This document shows, piece by piece, positions 1 through 13,900 of a DNA stretch of 64,000 nucleotides (the first letter of the stretch is position 1; the number at the start of each line of letters is the position of its first letter). Where the stretch lies: contig CM035353.1 of NCBI GenBank assembly GCA_020137815.1, positions 5,890,001 to 5,954,000 on the forward strand. Direction: 5' to 3'. The notes under the pieces are model-generated. The model was not told the origin of the DNA. It was given only the letters and a program-made list of their open reading frames with translations, and ran no database searches. The position numbers and the translations under genes were made by a program. Source of the stretch: Hormiphora californensis (lineage: Eukaryota > Animalia > Ctenophora).

Positions 1-329
1 CAACTCTCGTTAAGTTGTGTAGGTCATAACGACACACAAAAGTTAGATAGCAGTTCACACGGTACATTACAATTGTATGATAATGTGCTTGTGTTGGATG
101 TTCACTACAGTAGGTAACTTTAAGTTATTTGACATAGCTATATTACATTACTAAATGGAATGGAATAATACTATAGGACAACTATCGAATGATAATTACT
201 GGTTGATGATAATTACAGAATTTAGACTACCGCCATAAGCCATTCGGCATTGTATTGCTCTAATAACTATCCTAACAACTATCCGGTAGTTTGGTGTTAA
301 TCTACAACAGTAAACTATCTTTTTTGCAG

Positions 330-1391
330 TGTGTAACGAGTATAATTTCGAGGACAAGAATCTTTTTTACCGCTTTAAGGAAGACGACTGCGGTTCAGAA
401 CAGGGTCCACCTGGTACCAATGTACCCCTTGCAGGTTTGTGGGGGGTTCCGGGCTCTGCTATAGTTTATTGCCAGGTTTCTTTGTTTAGTCTCACACCAA
501 TAACGATCATCTGCTGAATATTAGAGTCGATAACTACATCGACCCCTCCCAATTGTAGTTATCGACTCTACTATAGAATATCCGAGAATTCAAGAAGTCT
601 ACCTGTCCAAACTGTAGTTTATACATATTCTACAATAATTTTCGTTAGGCGTTATAGGGAGGGTGCGTCATTGAACAAATAGGTCTGCAGGAGGTATTAA
701 AATTACACAATGTATACCGTTATTTAACTTACGTTGTACCGTTTATAAAAACGCGTTTATCGGAATTGAACTATTGTATGCATGATATGTTGAAACTACA
801 TATCATGCATATTATAATCAATAAACCCGGGTTGATATGTAGCGGGTCGCCCGCTAGGGTGATTCGCTACACCATATATACTGCCCGACCTGCGAAGCAG
901 GGAGAGTGGTATATGGTATAAAACCCGGCCAAAGGGAGGGGTTTATACTTTCTATAAGCAAGGATTTATTGATTATAAGTTTTAGCGGCAAAACCTCAAA
1001 AATTTCAGCCGCCCCCATTTACTGTCTAGTTCACGTGGGGAGAGGGTGTTTTCCGGAACCCGGGAACTGACAGCTGGCCATGTCTAATTTCAGATCCCAT
1101 GCTACTCCAGGAGTGTTTTGCAACCCTTGCTATCATGGGTCCTGATGCCCTTATGCGACTTATACTGAGAAAACCGTAAGTTTATAGACGTTCAGAGAAA
1201 TTTAGATAAGTTTCGAGACGTTCAGAGAAATTTAGATAAGTTTCGAGACGTTCAGAGGAGTTTAGATAAGTTTCGAGACGTTCAGAGGAGTTTAGATAAG
1301 TTTCGAGACGTTTAGTTCAGAGGAGTTAAAAGTTCTCAAATACAGTAGTTAGAGGATAAAGCAGAGCGAGAGAGAGAGAGAGAGAGAGAGA

Positions 1392-1436
<45 letters not shown>

Positions 1437-1458
1437 GAGAGAGAGAGAGAGTGTGAGG

Positions 1459-1516
<58 letters not shown>

Positions 1517-2944
1517 CAGAGAGAGAGAGAGAGAAGAGAAGAGAGCGAGAGAGGAGAGAGAGAGAGCGAGAGAGCGTACTCAAACACAATCATCAAGCAG
1601 ACATAGAGCTATCGCTCTTCGCTCCTATCTATCTCTCGCTCTCACTACAACTCTCTCTATCTTCTATCATATATCTCTCTCTCTCTCTCTATCTCTCTCT
1701 CCTCTCTCCCTCTCTCTCTTTCTTGCTGTTCTTATCGCTTGTGCATTGAAAATCGTCCGTCTCTTATATTTATAGTTGTACACGGTCACTTTTCACCGTT
1801 ATGAGTGTGAGTCCTAGAGTCTTGGTTAGTGGCAACAAGTCAAATTAGTGACTCAGAGCTGGAAAATGTACATGTAGAAACTGTGGAAATGATAGAGGAA
1901 CTATTTGCGATGGCTGGAGCACGTCCCACCACGGGCGTGTTTAGTGCAGAGTATAATGGTGCAGAGGAGAGTCTATGGGACACTTTATCTGCCCCCTCTA
2001 AGTACAAATTAGATAAAGTGGATAAAAATGATTTAGTTGCGTGGGTGGAGATGACTGGCAAGTTGTTGGTTGAGAGGTTGTTCCCTGTAATGAGGAGCCA
2101 GTTTAATGAAACTAGGAAGTGCAGTGAGATAGAGAAGAAGCTCATGGAGCGGCAGGAGGATCTTATCTCCGCCCAGAAGGCACTAGTTGGTGCCCAAGAG
2201 CAGTTACTTAAACTGCAAGAGCAGCTCCTGGAGAAGAGAGAGGAAGTGATTGCAGAGGTGCAGATTACTGCAAAAGAGGAGATTCATAGCTTCTCATCTG
2301 TGTTAAAGAGGGAATGCGAGACAGCCTTGGCTCCTAGTAGGATCCAGAAGGCTGTTGCTGCAGCAAACGAGGATAGGTCGTGTAATATTGTCATCCACGG
2401 GCTGACTGACAGTCCTGGAGACAGCGAGGAACTGTTACCGGAGCTGTGGACAACACTCGCGGAGAAACCTCTTGTGAAACGTGCTCAGCGGTTGGGGAGA
2501 TTTTCAGCAGGTCAGACTAGACCCCTGAAGTTAACCCTGACAAGTAAGGAGATGCAGTCGTGTATTCTTGGTAAGAAGACACGACTTAGAGAGAGTGAAG
2601 TGTTTTCCCAAGTTTATATCTCTCCCGACCTTACTTCTGAGGAGAGAGCGGCTCGGGCGGTCCTAGTGAAAAAGTTGAAAGATGAGAAGGAGCGGAGCCC
2701 TGGGAAGTCGTTTAGGATCAAAGGAGGCGAGGTGGTGGAGGTCTCCTCGGGGACACAGTAGTACTTACTGTGAGTGCTATTCATTTAAGTTTCTTCTTTT
2801 CATTTATTTCATTAAATTGCCTTCTTTGTTTGCTATAGTGTTCCTGTTGTTATCTATTAGACCAGCAGGAACATTCCAACGGGTCCATTACTAAAGTGGA
2901 TTCCAAGCTACTTCAGCTAAACCTTGTCAAAGGTAATCAAAGGT

Positions 2945-2985
<41 letters not shown>

Positions 2986-3579
2986 GTCTGTTTATTGTAC
3001 TATGGCGGACACAGCTGGGCCAATGTCACAGTGCAGTACTGTAATTTGGACTGTCTCCCCTATTTCTCGCCCCAATTTCCCATTGCTCTCCCTATTATCT
3101 CTCGCCTATCTCTCTATCATCTGGTATGCTACATAATAAATATATAAGTAACACAGATCTATTATATCTAAGCATAATAAGACCAACCGAGCTCATATAT
3201 GGTATTCAAATGGATACTAAGAACTCTATTTGTTGTGAAAGCTGGCCGACTTGGGGTGAAGTGCTACTTTTATCTTCGTTTAGTCTCTATAAGATACTTC
3301 TTCGTGTTACTTGAGAAGTAGATAACATTTTAAAAGAACTGCATCAGTATTGTTTCACATTACACTTACAGCAGTTTCCAGCTTTTTTATGCAATGCAGA
3401 CATTGACCAACTGATTGTAAGGGGGGTGGGGTCGCTAATAGTAATGTGGGTTCACATTTGGTACCTAGTTGCACTTGCGAGACGGTACAGACGAGTGTAC
3501 CGGAGTCAACTAAAACAGGTCAACTGAGGTCCACCGTGCATGCTTGATACTTGCCATGTAGTAGCACACCTGTTGTAGC

Positions 3580-3656
<77 letters not shown>

Positions 3657-6600
3657 CCTCTCTCTCGCTACTGTGTCGCTACTGCCAAACCATATTATTC
3701 TACAATCTTAGTACGTATCTCCAATATATATATGTATATTTGAATTACCTATATCATGGCACTTCGTTATAATCTAACCTTGGCCTTGGCGTGAGAGAAG
3801 GTCGAGTAAGATCACTATTCTATTAAGTTGTTCTGTCTCGAGTTCGGCCCAGATTTCTAACCACACATCCCTTACATTGGAGCTATGGTGATATGAATGA
3901 AGATAGCATTGCAGCTTGTTATAGACGTCTAGGCAACCTTATCAGATACATTGGGTATACCGAATATCATGAACCGACCGAATCAGGAAATACTGGTCCC
4001 TGATTGGCCGATAACCAGACACATGACCTAAATAACGAGTTCTGATTGGTTGTTTACTTGTTTCGGTCGGTTCCTGCCAAATGTTAATTTAAATATAAAA
4101 GTTAATATTGATTTATGTTTAAAACTGTTAGACCGGCCCGGCGTCTTATTTTTAAAAGATTTAATATGTATTTTATAGGGGGGGTTCCCATGGTATACTT
4201 TGGTATACTTTGGTATACTTTGGTATATGGAAAATCCCAAAAAATTATGTGGAAAGTACCAAAGTATACCAAAGTATACCATATCTTTTTAATAGTTTTA
4301 CGTATTTTAAAGTGTTAATTTACAACAGTTAAGGCTTTAAAACATTTTGTATAAACTTTCTTAACTTATAAAATTGGACATTGGTGCTAAATAGACTAAA
4401 TTCATAGAATCGAGGAAAATATTTTGCCTATAAAATGGTGAGTCAGAAAACTGGGGTTTGACAAATTGGGACCCATTTGAGTATGATAAAAAACTTTTTT
4501 AAAAGTCAAGAAAATGTTTAAATAGTATTTGGTAAAGTCTCCAAAAAATTTTCAAAAATTGCCTTCACCGGGAATCGAACCCGAGTGGCAAGCCTAGAAG
4601 CACTAGCCGGATGATGTAACAAAAACGTAAAAATCGGTTTAATAAGCGTTATATTACCAACTTATAAAGAAATAAGGATGTAGTTTTACAAATTTAGTCA
4701 TTTATGTCAACTTATCGCTTAAATTTTACCTTTTTCAAAATTTTTATGGTATACTTTGGTATACCTTGGTATACTTTGGTATACTTTGGTATACTTTGGT
4801 ATATGGAAAATCGCTGAAAAAGTTGTGGAAAGTGCCAAAGTATACCAAAGTATACCATGGGAACCCCCCCATTTTATATGTCCTAATAATTTCCCTATTT
4901 CCAGACCAAAAGAGAGGACTGCAGAAGATCTAGATTACATCTACGAAGAGTTATTGCACATCAAAGCACTTTCCCACTTGACCAATTCCGTGAAAAGGGA
5001 GCTAGCATCTTGTATCCAAGGAGAGAGCAGGGATGGCGTAGGAACTGTGTGTAAGTTATTTAAATAATTTCTGTTGAATTGTGTTTAGAAATATGTTCAC
5101 TAATTATTCACTAATTATGTAATTACGCATAAAGAATTTCAATAACAAACTGTTTCAGTAATAAAACAGGGTGACGAGGGAAAGAGTTGGTACATCATAT
5201 TAAAAGGGTCTGTTAATGTTACCATATTTGGAAAGGTAATTAATTAATTAATTAATTAGCTAATTTAATGTTGAATATCACTATTCACTGCATATTTAAG
5301 ATATTCAATATTACTTTTATAGGGTGTTGTTGGTCAGATTCACGAGGGAGATGACTTTGGTAAACTAGCTCTTGTCAATGACGCTCCGCGGGCTGCTTCC
5401 ATTATTCTCAGGTAAATGATTGTTAATTAATTAACAGAGCGCAGTGAGATTTATCGGACCCCGACCTACCACAACGGACCCAACTTACCCGAATTATCGG
5501 ACTATTAGTTACGCTCGAGATGAGTGGTAATTTCATTACCAAACCCTTGATTTATCACAACCCCCCCCCCCTTGCAGAGATGAAAGATGTCACTTTCTCC
5601 GTGTCGATAAAGAGGACTTCAACCGGATACTGCGGGATGTCGAGGCTAAAACAGAACGGTTGAAAGAAAATGGAAAGGATGTGTTGGTTCTTGAAAAGCT
5701 CTCTCGTTCTGATGGTTCACAGAGGTATATTTAATGGCCTTCATTAATTAACTAATTTAACTGATTGTTTAAATGATTATTTAATTAAATAATTATTTAA
5801 TTGAATGATTATTTAATTAAATTATTATTTAATTAACTTATTGATTGTTTCAGTAATAAATACACGGTAATGGCGGGTACTCCTGAGAAGATGGTCTATT
5901 ACATTCTTGATTGTGTCGACTGCATGGATGATGATGATAATAGTAAGGGTCGCGCGCCAGTTTGACGGGTGTTAAAATTTTAACACGCCGTCAAACTGGC
6001 GCGCGAGATCGTTACATTAAGAATGGGGGAGAGAAATTTTAACGGCCGCTGGTGTGTGCGGCGTTAAAATCAAAATTTTAATTTTAATTTTAACGTTGGT
6101 GTGTGGTGACCCTATGAGAAAGCCTGAAAATTAGTATAATCCCATTAGGATTAGATGAGCTTGAGCCGACCTGAAAATTAGGATTAAATGAGCTTGAGCC
6201 AACCTGACTCACTGACTCAGGTCGATAAATTTAGGGTTAGAGCTTGGTTCGACCAGTCGACCTAACTCAATATTGAGGATTGGGGGTTGGAGTTCCTTGT
6301 TTGTGTACTCCGCACTTAGATTTCTTCCCGTAAATTGATCTAATAAGAGATGCTGGCTAAAGTGGTTTTCAACGCGTTTCCTCCCCTCAGATTCTTTTGT
6401 CGAGGATTTCTTTATGACCTTCAACGTGTTCTTATCCGTGGATAAGCTCTGTGGATTGCTTTGGAACCAATTTTCAGAAACCCTCAGCACCGGTAAAATA
6501 TAGTTTTAATAGTTTTAATTAATTGATAAATAAATTAATTTTAATTATTAATGGGTTTCCGGTTTTAAGATCGATTACCTAATATAGTTATTGATCAATA

Positions 6601-9600
6601 ATTGGGGCCTGATAGTTATTATCGTGTCGTGTAAAGCTTCGTCGAGTTACCGGTCCTTAATTATAATACCTAATAATAATAATAATAATAATATCCGTAC
6701 TTGTATACACGCTCATACCATATAGGTAACTAGAAAAAAACAACTAGTAAACTACACGGCAATCAGAGCGGTTCACCATTGCAAATATATCTAGAGTATA
6801 TAAAGTAAAAATAATGTTCTTAATCCAAATTAAAAGTCTGATGCTCAAAAGTCCAGTCACAAAAAACCTTACTTAATTTAAATCAACACACAAACTCGAA
6901 CACAGCAGTCACATACTGTTTCTCATACTTCCTCCACCTCGCCACCTCGAATCCCAAATGTCTTCCCCGGCTCCGCATCCTTCCTCTCCTTCAACGCTAC
7001 CACCAGCTTCCTCCTCTCCTCCCTCTCCTCTGGAGAACGGTCAGGGGAAATGTAGACATTTTTGTGCCTTTCAGAGTTCTTCAGAGATTTCTTACTGGAC
7101 AGTACTTGATCTCGGAAGTCTTTGCCACATAAACGTAGCTTTACAGGCCGGTCAGAACCATCCTTGTATTTCCCAAGTCGCTTCATACTGGAAATACCAG
7201 TAATACACGCACCCATACTGTTAACCACTCGCTTAATTTCGTTCTCCAGATCCTCATCGTTCTCAGCCCGGTCATCAAACAGACCATGCACAATAACATT
7301 GTTCGCCCTGTCCTCTGTCGCTACAGCAATAGCATGACGTACCCGCTGCGGTGCTAGGGCAGTCTCACAGTTTTTCTGGAGAACACCAGCAAAAGATTTA
7401 ATCTCCTTCTCAGCGGTAGACTGCACGGCAATGATCTCACCGTCTCTCTTCTCCAACAGCTCACACTGTAGCTTGACTAAGCGGTCCTGGGCCTCAACCA
7501 ACAATCGCTGTGCGGTGATAAGCTCCTCTTGACAGTTAATGATTCTCCTCTCACACTCCTCAGTTTCAATAGACAGCTTGTCAATCGCCGGGTAACACCG
7601 CTCAACCAGCAAGCGACAGGCCTTCTCAGCAAACTCAACAAGTTCAGGTTTTCCCACTCCCTTGATCTTACTCTTACTAGGACACTTCAGATTGTCCCAG
7701 AAACAGGAAGCTGAACTAGCAGACCATTTCTTGGGGAATGAATCTGCCTCCTTCACATGAACAAACAGTTCTCGCACTAGGTCCACAACTTCACTCTGAA
7801 CCTCACGGTATACCACCTTTGTCACTCTTTCATGATTCATCACTGTTCACTCTGAGTCGGTTAGAAAAGCTGTTTCCAGAAGCAGTACTACCACTCATGA
7901 CAGGTGAGCACGAGGTGAGCACAGGGTGTTACAATTGGAGAGATGCTTGCGAACTTGACTGATAAGGGAGCTCACAAAACGGCACAAAAGCTGGAACAAG
8001 ATAACAATAACCTAAACTAATTAACTAATTAGTGCTAATAATGATCAGGTGATGGAAGTGATGACGAAACTAAATCTGACGATAAGACAGGAGGTGATAA
8101 TGAATCAGGCGATAAAACCACTAAAGCACCCATTGATGTCAAAGCAACTGAACAAAAGAAAATCAGGTGATTATCAGATTATTGATTTGATTAAACATAA
8201 TTATTTTTTCCCTGCCCGGGTGGATGCCGAAGGCATCCACCCGGATGCCTTTTTACTTTGTAAAAAGGCATAGCAGGGTTAGAATTCGAAAACGACATTT
8301 TGGTATACTAACTAATCGGTAGAGGGACATTTTTTGGTCACACTTTCGTTGCGAGGGGCAACCGTGCGGCGCGCGCGATTTGAAGTTTGCGGAGTAACAT
8401 GCGCGCCCACAAACTATTGAAAATTTATGAGGCGTACGCGGCTATAAACTGTAACGCGCGGCAAAATTTGTTTTATATCGGCCGCGCGTTTTTGGGGAAA
8501 ATGGAGAAATTGAAAAATATGTTTTGCGTTTTTTTCAAAAATCGAAGAGGGCAGGGAAACGTAGCATTATGAATACATAATGCAAATAATTCTTGTTTGT
8601 TCCATTTTTTGCTGATCTTCATTACACTTGACTCTTCCACCAAGCGGATATCTCTCCTCTGTCTCCTGACCCCTCTGTTACAAGCTACAGCTAGGCCATA
8701 CTACATGGTTTAAATATTTAAGATATAACACCCCCATGCTTTGCAGGGTTATAAAGGCGGTGCTCCGATGGATCGAACTTTTACCCAACAAAATGGGAGA
8801 AGATCTGGAATTACTTCCTTTTGTTAATGTAAGTTTTTGTGAACAGAGGAGAAAATGTGGCCGGTTATAACTCCCCTTCATTTGATTTTAACTCTCCTAC
8901 AACACGTTACAGCTATGTTACAGCTATATGTTACGTAGTTGATCGTTGCACTTTTATTTCAACTCCTTTACAGATGTTACGTAGTTCGTAATTGCACTTT
9001 TATTTCAACTCCTACAGATGTTACGTAGTTCTTTGCACATGGAAGGAATGTTGTCCCTATTGGCTCTCTTTGAACGAGGCATTGACAACTCGGATAACAC
9101 CAACCTATACAAGAATGTGACGCGAAAGGTAATTAATAGTCCAAGTACAAAAGTACTTCTTGCTTCGTACTTTAAAAGTACTTCATCCATTTTCGATCTT
9201 TACGAACATAAAATTATTTCCACGACGAACAATTGACATGGTATACGTGTGGTGTAGGTTGTAGTACATAATGATATTTCCATGACATACTCACGACACA
9301 GAACGGAAGAGTGAAACACACGGTACATTTACCATGGAGAGAGGTGTTATCCCTTCACTACCTAGTTGGAGGGTGCACTGGGGTGGCACACAATGACCTC
9401 ACTGTGACAGAAAGTGATACTGAGAACCAATATGATGACAGACACTACAAACACATGGAGATATGTGACGAGATTGATATTCAGACAGATGAATCAAAGG
9501 TTCAATTTGGGTTTTTTTCTGGTCTTTCACGTTGTCTAGTTTGTACCAGGACCTTCTTCAAAAATCTGGAAGAGTTGATGATGGTTTGAGTACAGTCTAG

Positions 9601-10857
9601 ACAACTGGTAAACACTTTTTAGTTCACTATATTCTATAGTTCACTATGTTTTTAGTAAACACTAAACTATGGCCTGTCCGGCAGAACGCGTTTTGATTAT
9701 CAAAATCTGCGACAGTGCACTGTGCACTCAGATCGGGTCGGCGCCGCCATGGCCGTGGCACGTATAATTGATATCGAGACATTATATACAGTCGGACCCC
9801 GATTTAACGGCACCCTCGGGGGAAAGGGTTTTGTCCGCTAAATCGGGGTGTCCGTTAAATCGGGGTAGAGCCTATTTGGCCCATAAAACCCTATTTTTGT
9901 CCAAAATGCTATACTAAAACACTTCTAAGTGTTAAATCAAAATGCAATGTCCATGTATTGATTATATGTATAATCATTTCTGATTAGAAAAGGAAAATAA
10001 TTTAAAAAAATTTCGAAAAAAATTATGAAAAATTTTCCAAGGTACACTACTACCAACCACGACCGAATCGTTTTTCGAATCAGTGCATCTTATCGCATGT
10101 CCTGTCGCTAATTAGACGGTTCGAAACGAACCGATACGTGATACCATGCCGAATCAGGGCACTTTCAGCGGGGTGAGGAAGAATTCGAATTTCAAAATAT
10201 CTTTTGGGGAGCACCGATCAAAGCATTGACAATCATTCTGTAAAAAAAGTTGTAAAAATTTTTCAAAAGTTTATCAACCACGTTCGAATCGTTTTTCGAA
10301 TCAGTGCCTCTTATCGCACGCCCTGTCGCTAATTGGACGGTTCGAAACGAACCGACACGTGATCCCCATTGAATCGCAATTTTGACGCTTGGATAACTTG
10401 CGATTCGATGGGCCCCATGGGGATCACATATCTGTTCGCTTCGAACTGTCTAATTACCGGCAAGACATGCAATAAGATGCATCGATTCGAAACACGATTC
10501 AGACGTGGTTGATACACCTTTGAAATTTTCAAAAAATTTTCAAAAAAATTCAAAAAAATTTTGGGGGAAATTTATCCTGCCGTTAAATCGGGGTGCCGCT
10601 AAATCGGGGGCCGTTAAATCGGGGTCCGACTGTCATGTAGTACAATATTTCGTAACTCTCAGGAAAAACCTGACTCTCCCGGGGGCCAGTGGATCCAATA
10701 CACATCACATATTGTAAGATTTTGCTAAAACTTCATAGCACATGGCCGCTCTATCACTCTACCTCTCTCTCTTTCTATCTCTCTATCTCTTCTATCTCTC
10801 TATCTCTTTTTTTTCTCTCTCTCTCTCTCTCTCTCTTTCGCTCTCCCCCTCTCTCTC

Positions 10858-10939
<82 letters not shown>

Positions 10940-13900
10940 CTTCACGAAATCACCACTGCTACGCCCCGCTACAAGATTAAAGTAATACAAGCACACCTAA
11001 TTGGGACGTGTGTTCACTAAGCATGGGTTTATATCTGTACTGCCAATCAGCCGCACGAGTCCAATCTTAGAAATATATCTCGTTGAATCTTATATATAAT
11101 TTCAAATTACCCGGCTCCCCATACAGGCCCGTATTTCAAGTACAAGTCGCGCCAAGTTGTCCAGACCTACGTTTGACGATGGGGAAGAGAGCAGGAGCAT
11201 TAAACAGGAACCATTAGTTCCTGCCACTGAAGTAAAGTTCGAACTGCATTACCCCGATCAGACATGCGACAATCTCCGCCTTCCACTCGGTAAATATAGA
11301 TATAACAATCTGAATATGCGATATATATGTTTCAAGATATTGATGGGATTGCTATAATTCGCGGCCAACATCCAACACCACAACATAACTTGTTAAGTAA
11401 GGGTCACAAAACATAACAATTACTACTCATTAAAACAGCCGATAGATCAACTTATTGACTCGGTAATTAGTTTCTCATCTCTTCTGCAGGATCATGCGTA
11501 TCTGAGATTGCCAAGCATGCCTCGGAGAAACTCGCTATTAACCCCGAGGACTGTGTGGTATTTGAGATGAAAAGCACGGGGGAAAAGGTGATTTTCAAGG
11601 AAAATAGTACCTGCGTGATAACCACTCTTGGACACAATGGAAGGTAAGGATTTTAGTTTTTGGAAGAAGTGTTGGGGATCCGAACTGACGAGATATAAAG
11701 GTCAACTTATCACACGTTGGCATTCAGGTTATTTGCTGCTCCAAAAGACAACATAGATAAGCTGAAACCACTGCAATGCCAAGAGGGACCTAACACTAGC
11801 AGTTTCAATGACCTGGAAATCATGAGCAGCCGGGAAATCGCATTCCAGGTACATCTATGATGGAACCGTTAGTCGCGTTCCATTCAAAACTTAATCCCCA
11901 GTTCCTCCAATTAAATCGTTTGTATAGAAGCCCCTCTATTGCCATCCCTCAGATCCCCTAGCTATTACCCCTCAGATTCCCTCTATTACCCCTCAGGTCC
12001 TCTGATCTATTACCCCTCAGATCCCCTCTATCTACATCACCCCTCAGATCCCCTCTATTACCCCTCAGATCCCCTCCATTACCCCTCAGATCCCCTCCAT
12101 TACCCCTCAGATCCCCTAGCTATTACCCCTCATATCCCCTCTATCTACATTACCCCTCATATCCCCTCTATCTACATTACCCCTCATATCCCCTCTATTA
12201 CCCCTCAGATTCCCTCCATTACCCCTCAGATCCCCTAGCTATTACCCCTCATATCCCCTCTATTACCCCTCAGATCCCCTCTATTACCCCTCAGATCCCC
12301 TCCATTACCCCTCAGATCCCCTCTATCTACATTACCCCTCAGATCCCCTCTATTACCCCTCAGATCCCCTCCATTACCCCTCAGATCCCCTCTATCTACA
12401 TTTGCATTACCCCTCAGATCCCCTCTATCTACATTACCCCTCAGATCCCCTAGCTATTACCCCTCAGATCCCCTCCATTACCCCTCAGATCCCCTCTATC
12501 TACATTACCCCTCAGATCCCCTCTATCTACATTACCCCTCAGATCCCCTAGCTATTACCCCTCAGATCCCCTCTATAATGTCTACACCTCAGATGACGCT
12601 CTATGACTTCGAACTCTTCCATTGTGTTTACGAGAGTGAGCTGGTCGTTAGTATTTTCAAAAAGGAAAACTTCCCTGGAAAAATCGTGGGAAATCTCAAT
12701 TGCTTCGTAGAACGGTAATTAAAGTTAGAGTGGACCGACACAGAATTGGACAAAATTTTTGGAAGTACTACTTCAAGTAGTAGACAATAGTTCTTTGAAC
12801 TAGTATTATTACTAATAAATGGGTCCCAGGTATAATATTACCCCAGGTAAATATATATTCTCTCTCCCTCTTCATATTATTCTCTCCCTCTTCATATGAT
12901 TGTTTTGCAGGTTTAACGAGGTACAGCATTGGGTCACAACCGAGATTTGTCTTACGCCTCTACTCAGCAAACGTGTACACCTACTTAGAAAGTTCATTAA
13001 AATCGCTCAACAGTAAGTGAATATATTTTCAATGCATGATGTATTTTCAATGCATGATGTATTTTAGGGAGCTGGTGGGGTAATAATACAGTAGTGATCG
13101 CGCACTGGGAGATGGAACGAATTTGGTTTTGTGTAAAATACAATCGGAAGATAAGAATATGGGGGGGGTAGCAGTCAATATTTGCTGCCAGGTCCTTAGC
13201 CTTTCCCACGCCCTAGATGTGGTGCGCCGCGTTTTTGTTTTTGATCCATTTTTAATCACAAATTTATGTTTTTCAATTTCACCTCAACCAACACCACAAC
13301 ATCTGGTTTCATCTCGGTATGTGAATAATATTTGTACTTGTTTTTTTACTGTTTCAACGTACAATTCCATTCATTCAAAATTCTGTTTTCATATTGTGTT
13401 ACGTATATGTATGTATTCATTGTATAATATCGTAACAATTCTACTTGATCCTCAGTTGCCGTGATTTCCAGAATATGATGGCATTTTTCGGTATCATCAT
13501 GGGACTTTCCAACATTGCTATTAGCAGGCTCTCACAAACGTGGGAAAAACTGCCGGGAAAATTCCGGAAACTATTCAAGGAGTTTGAAACTATGCTGGTA
13601 TGATGAGAACATCGGTATTTTTTTAAAATGATAGCTTGTACATTTTATAGTATCCATTGCGAATGATATCTCCTATTTCCTAGGACCCCACGAGGAACCA
13701 TAGAACGTACCGTTTAGCAATGGCAAAACAGGAACCTCCATTCATACCTTTCATGCCCCTACTGCTAAAGGATATGACGTTCATTTTTGAAGGCAACAAA
13801 ACCGTTATTGATGGATTAATCAACTTTGAAAAAATGGTCAGTTCTGACTCTCAGTTTGAAATATATTTTACAGTGTATCTTTTTCACTATAAATTTGATC

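Noticed and set aside
1326-1596. SL/ER-rich ORFs here and at 3551, 10689-11020, 30014-30428, 37859-38165
   Set aside because: Translations of (CT)n/(GA)n microsatellites.
6209-6490. 93-aa minus-strand ORF in an Epac intron
   Set aside because: No recognisable motif or splice context.
11939-12238. YYPSDPL repeat ORF
   Set aside because: Lies in an intronic minisatellite between phase-compatible Epac exons.
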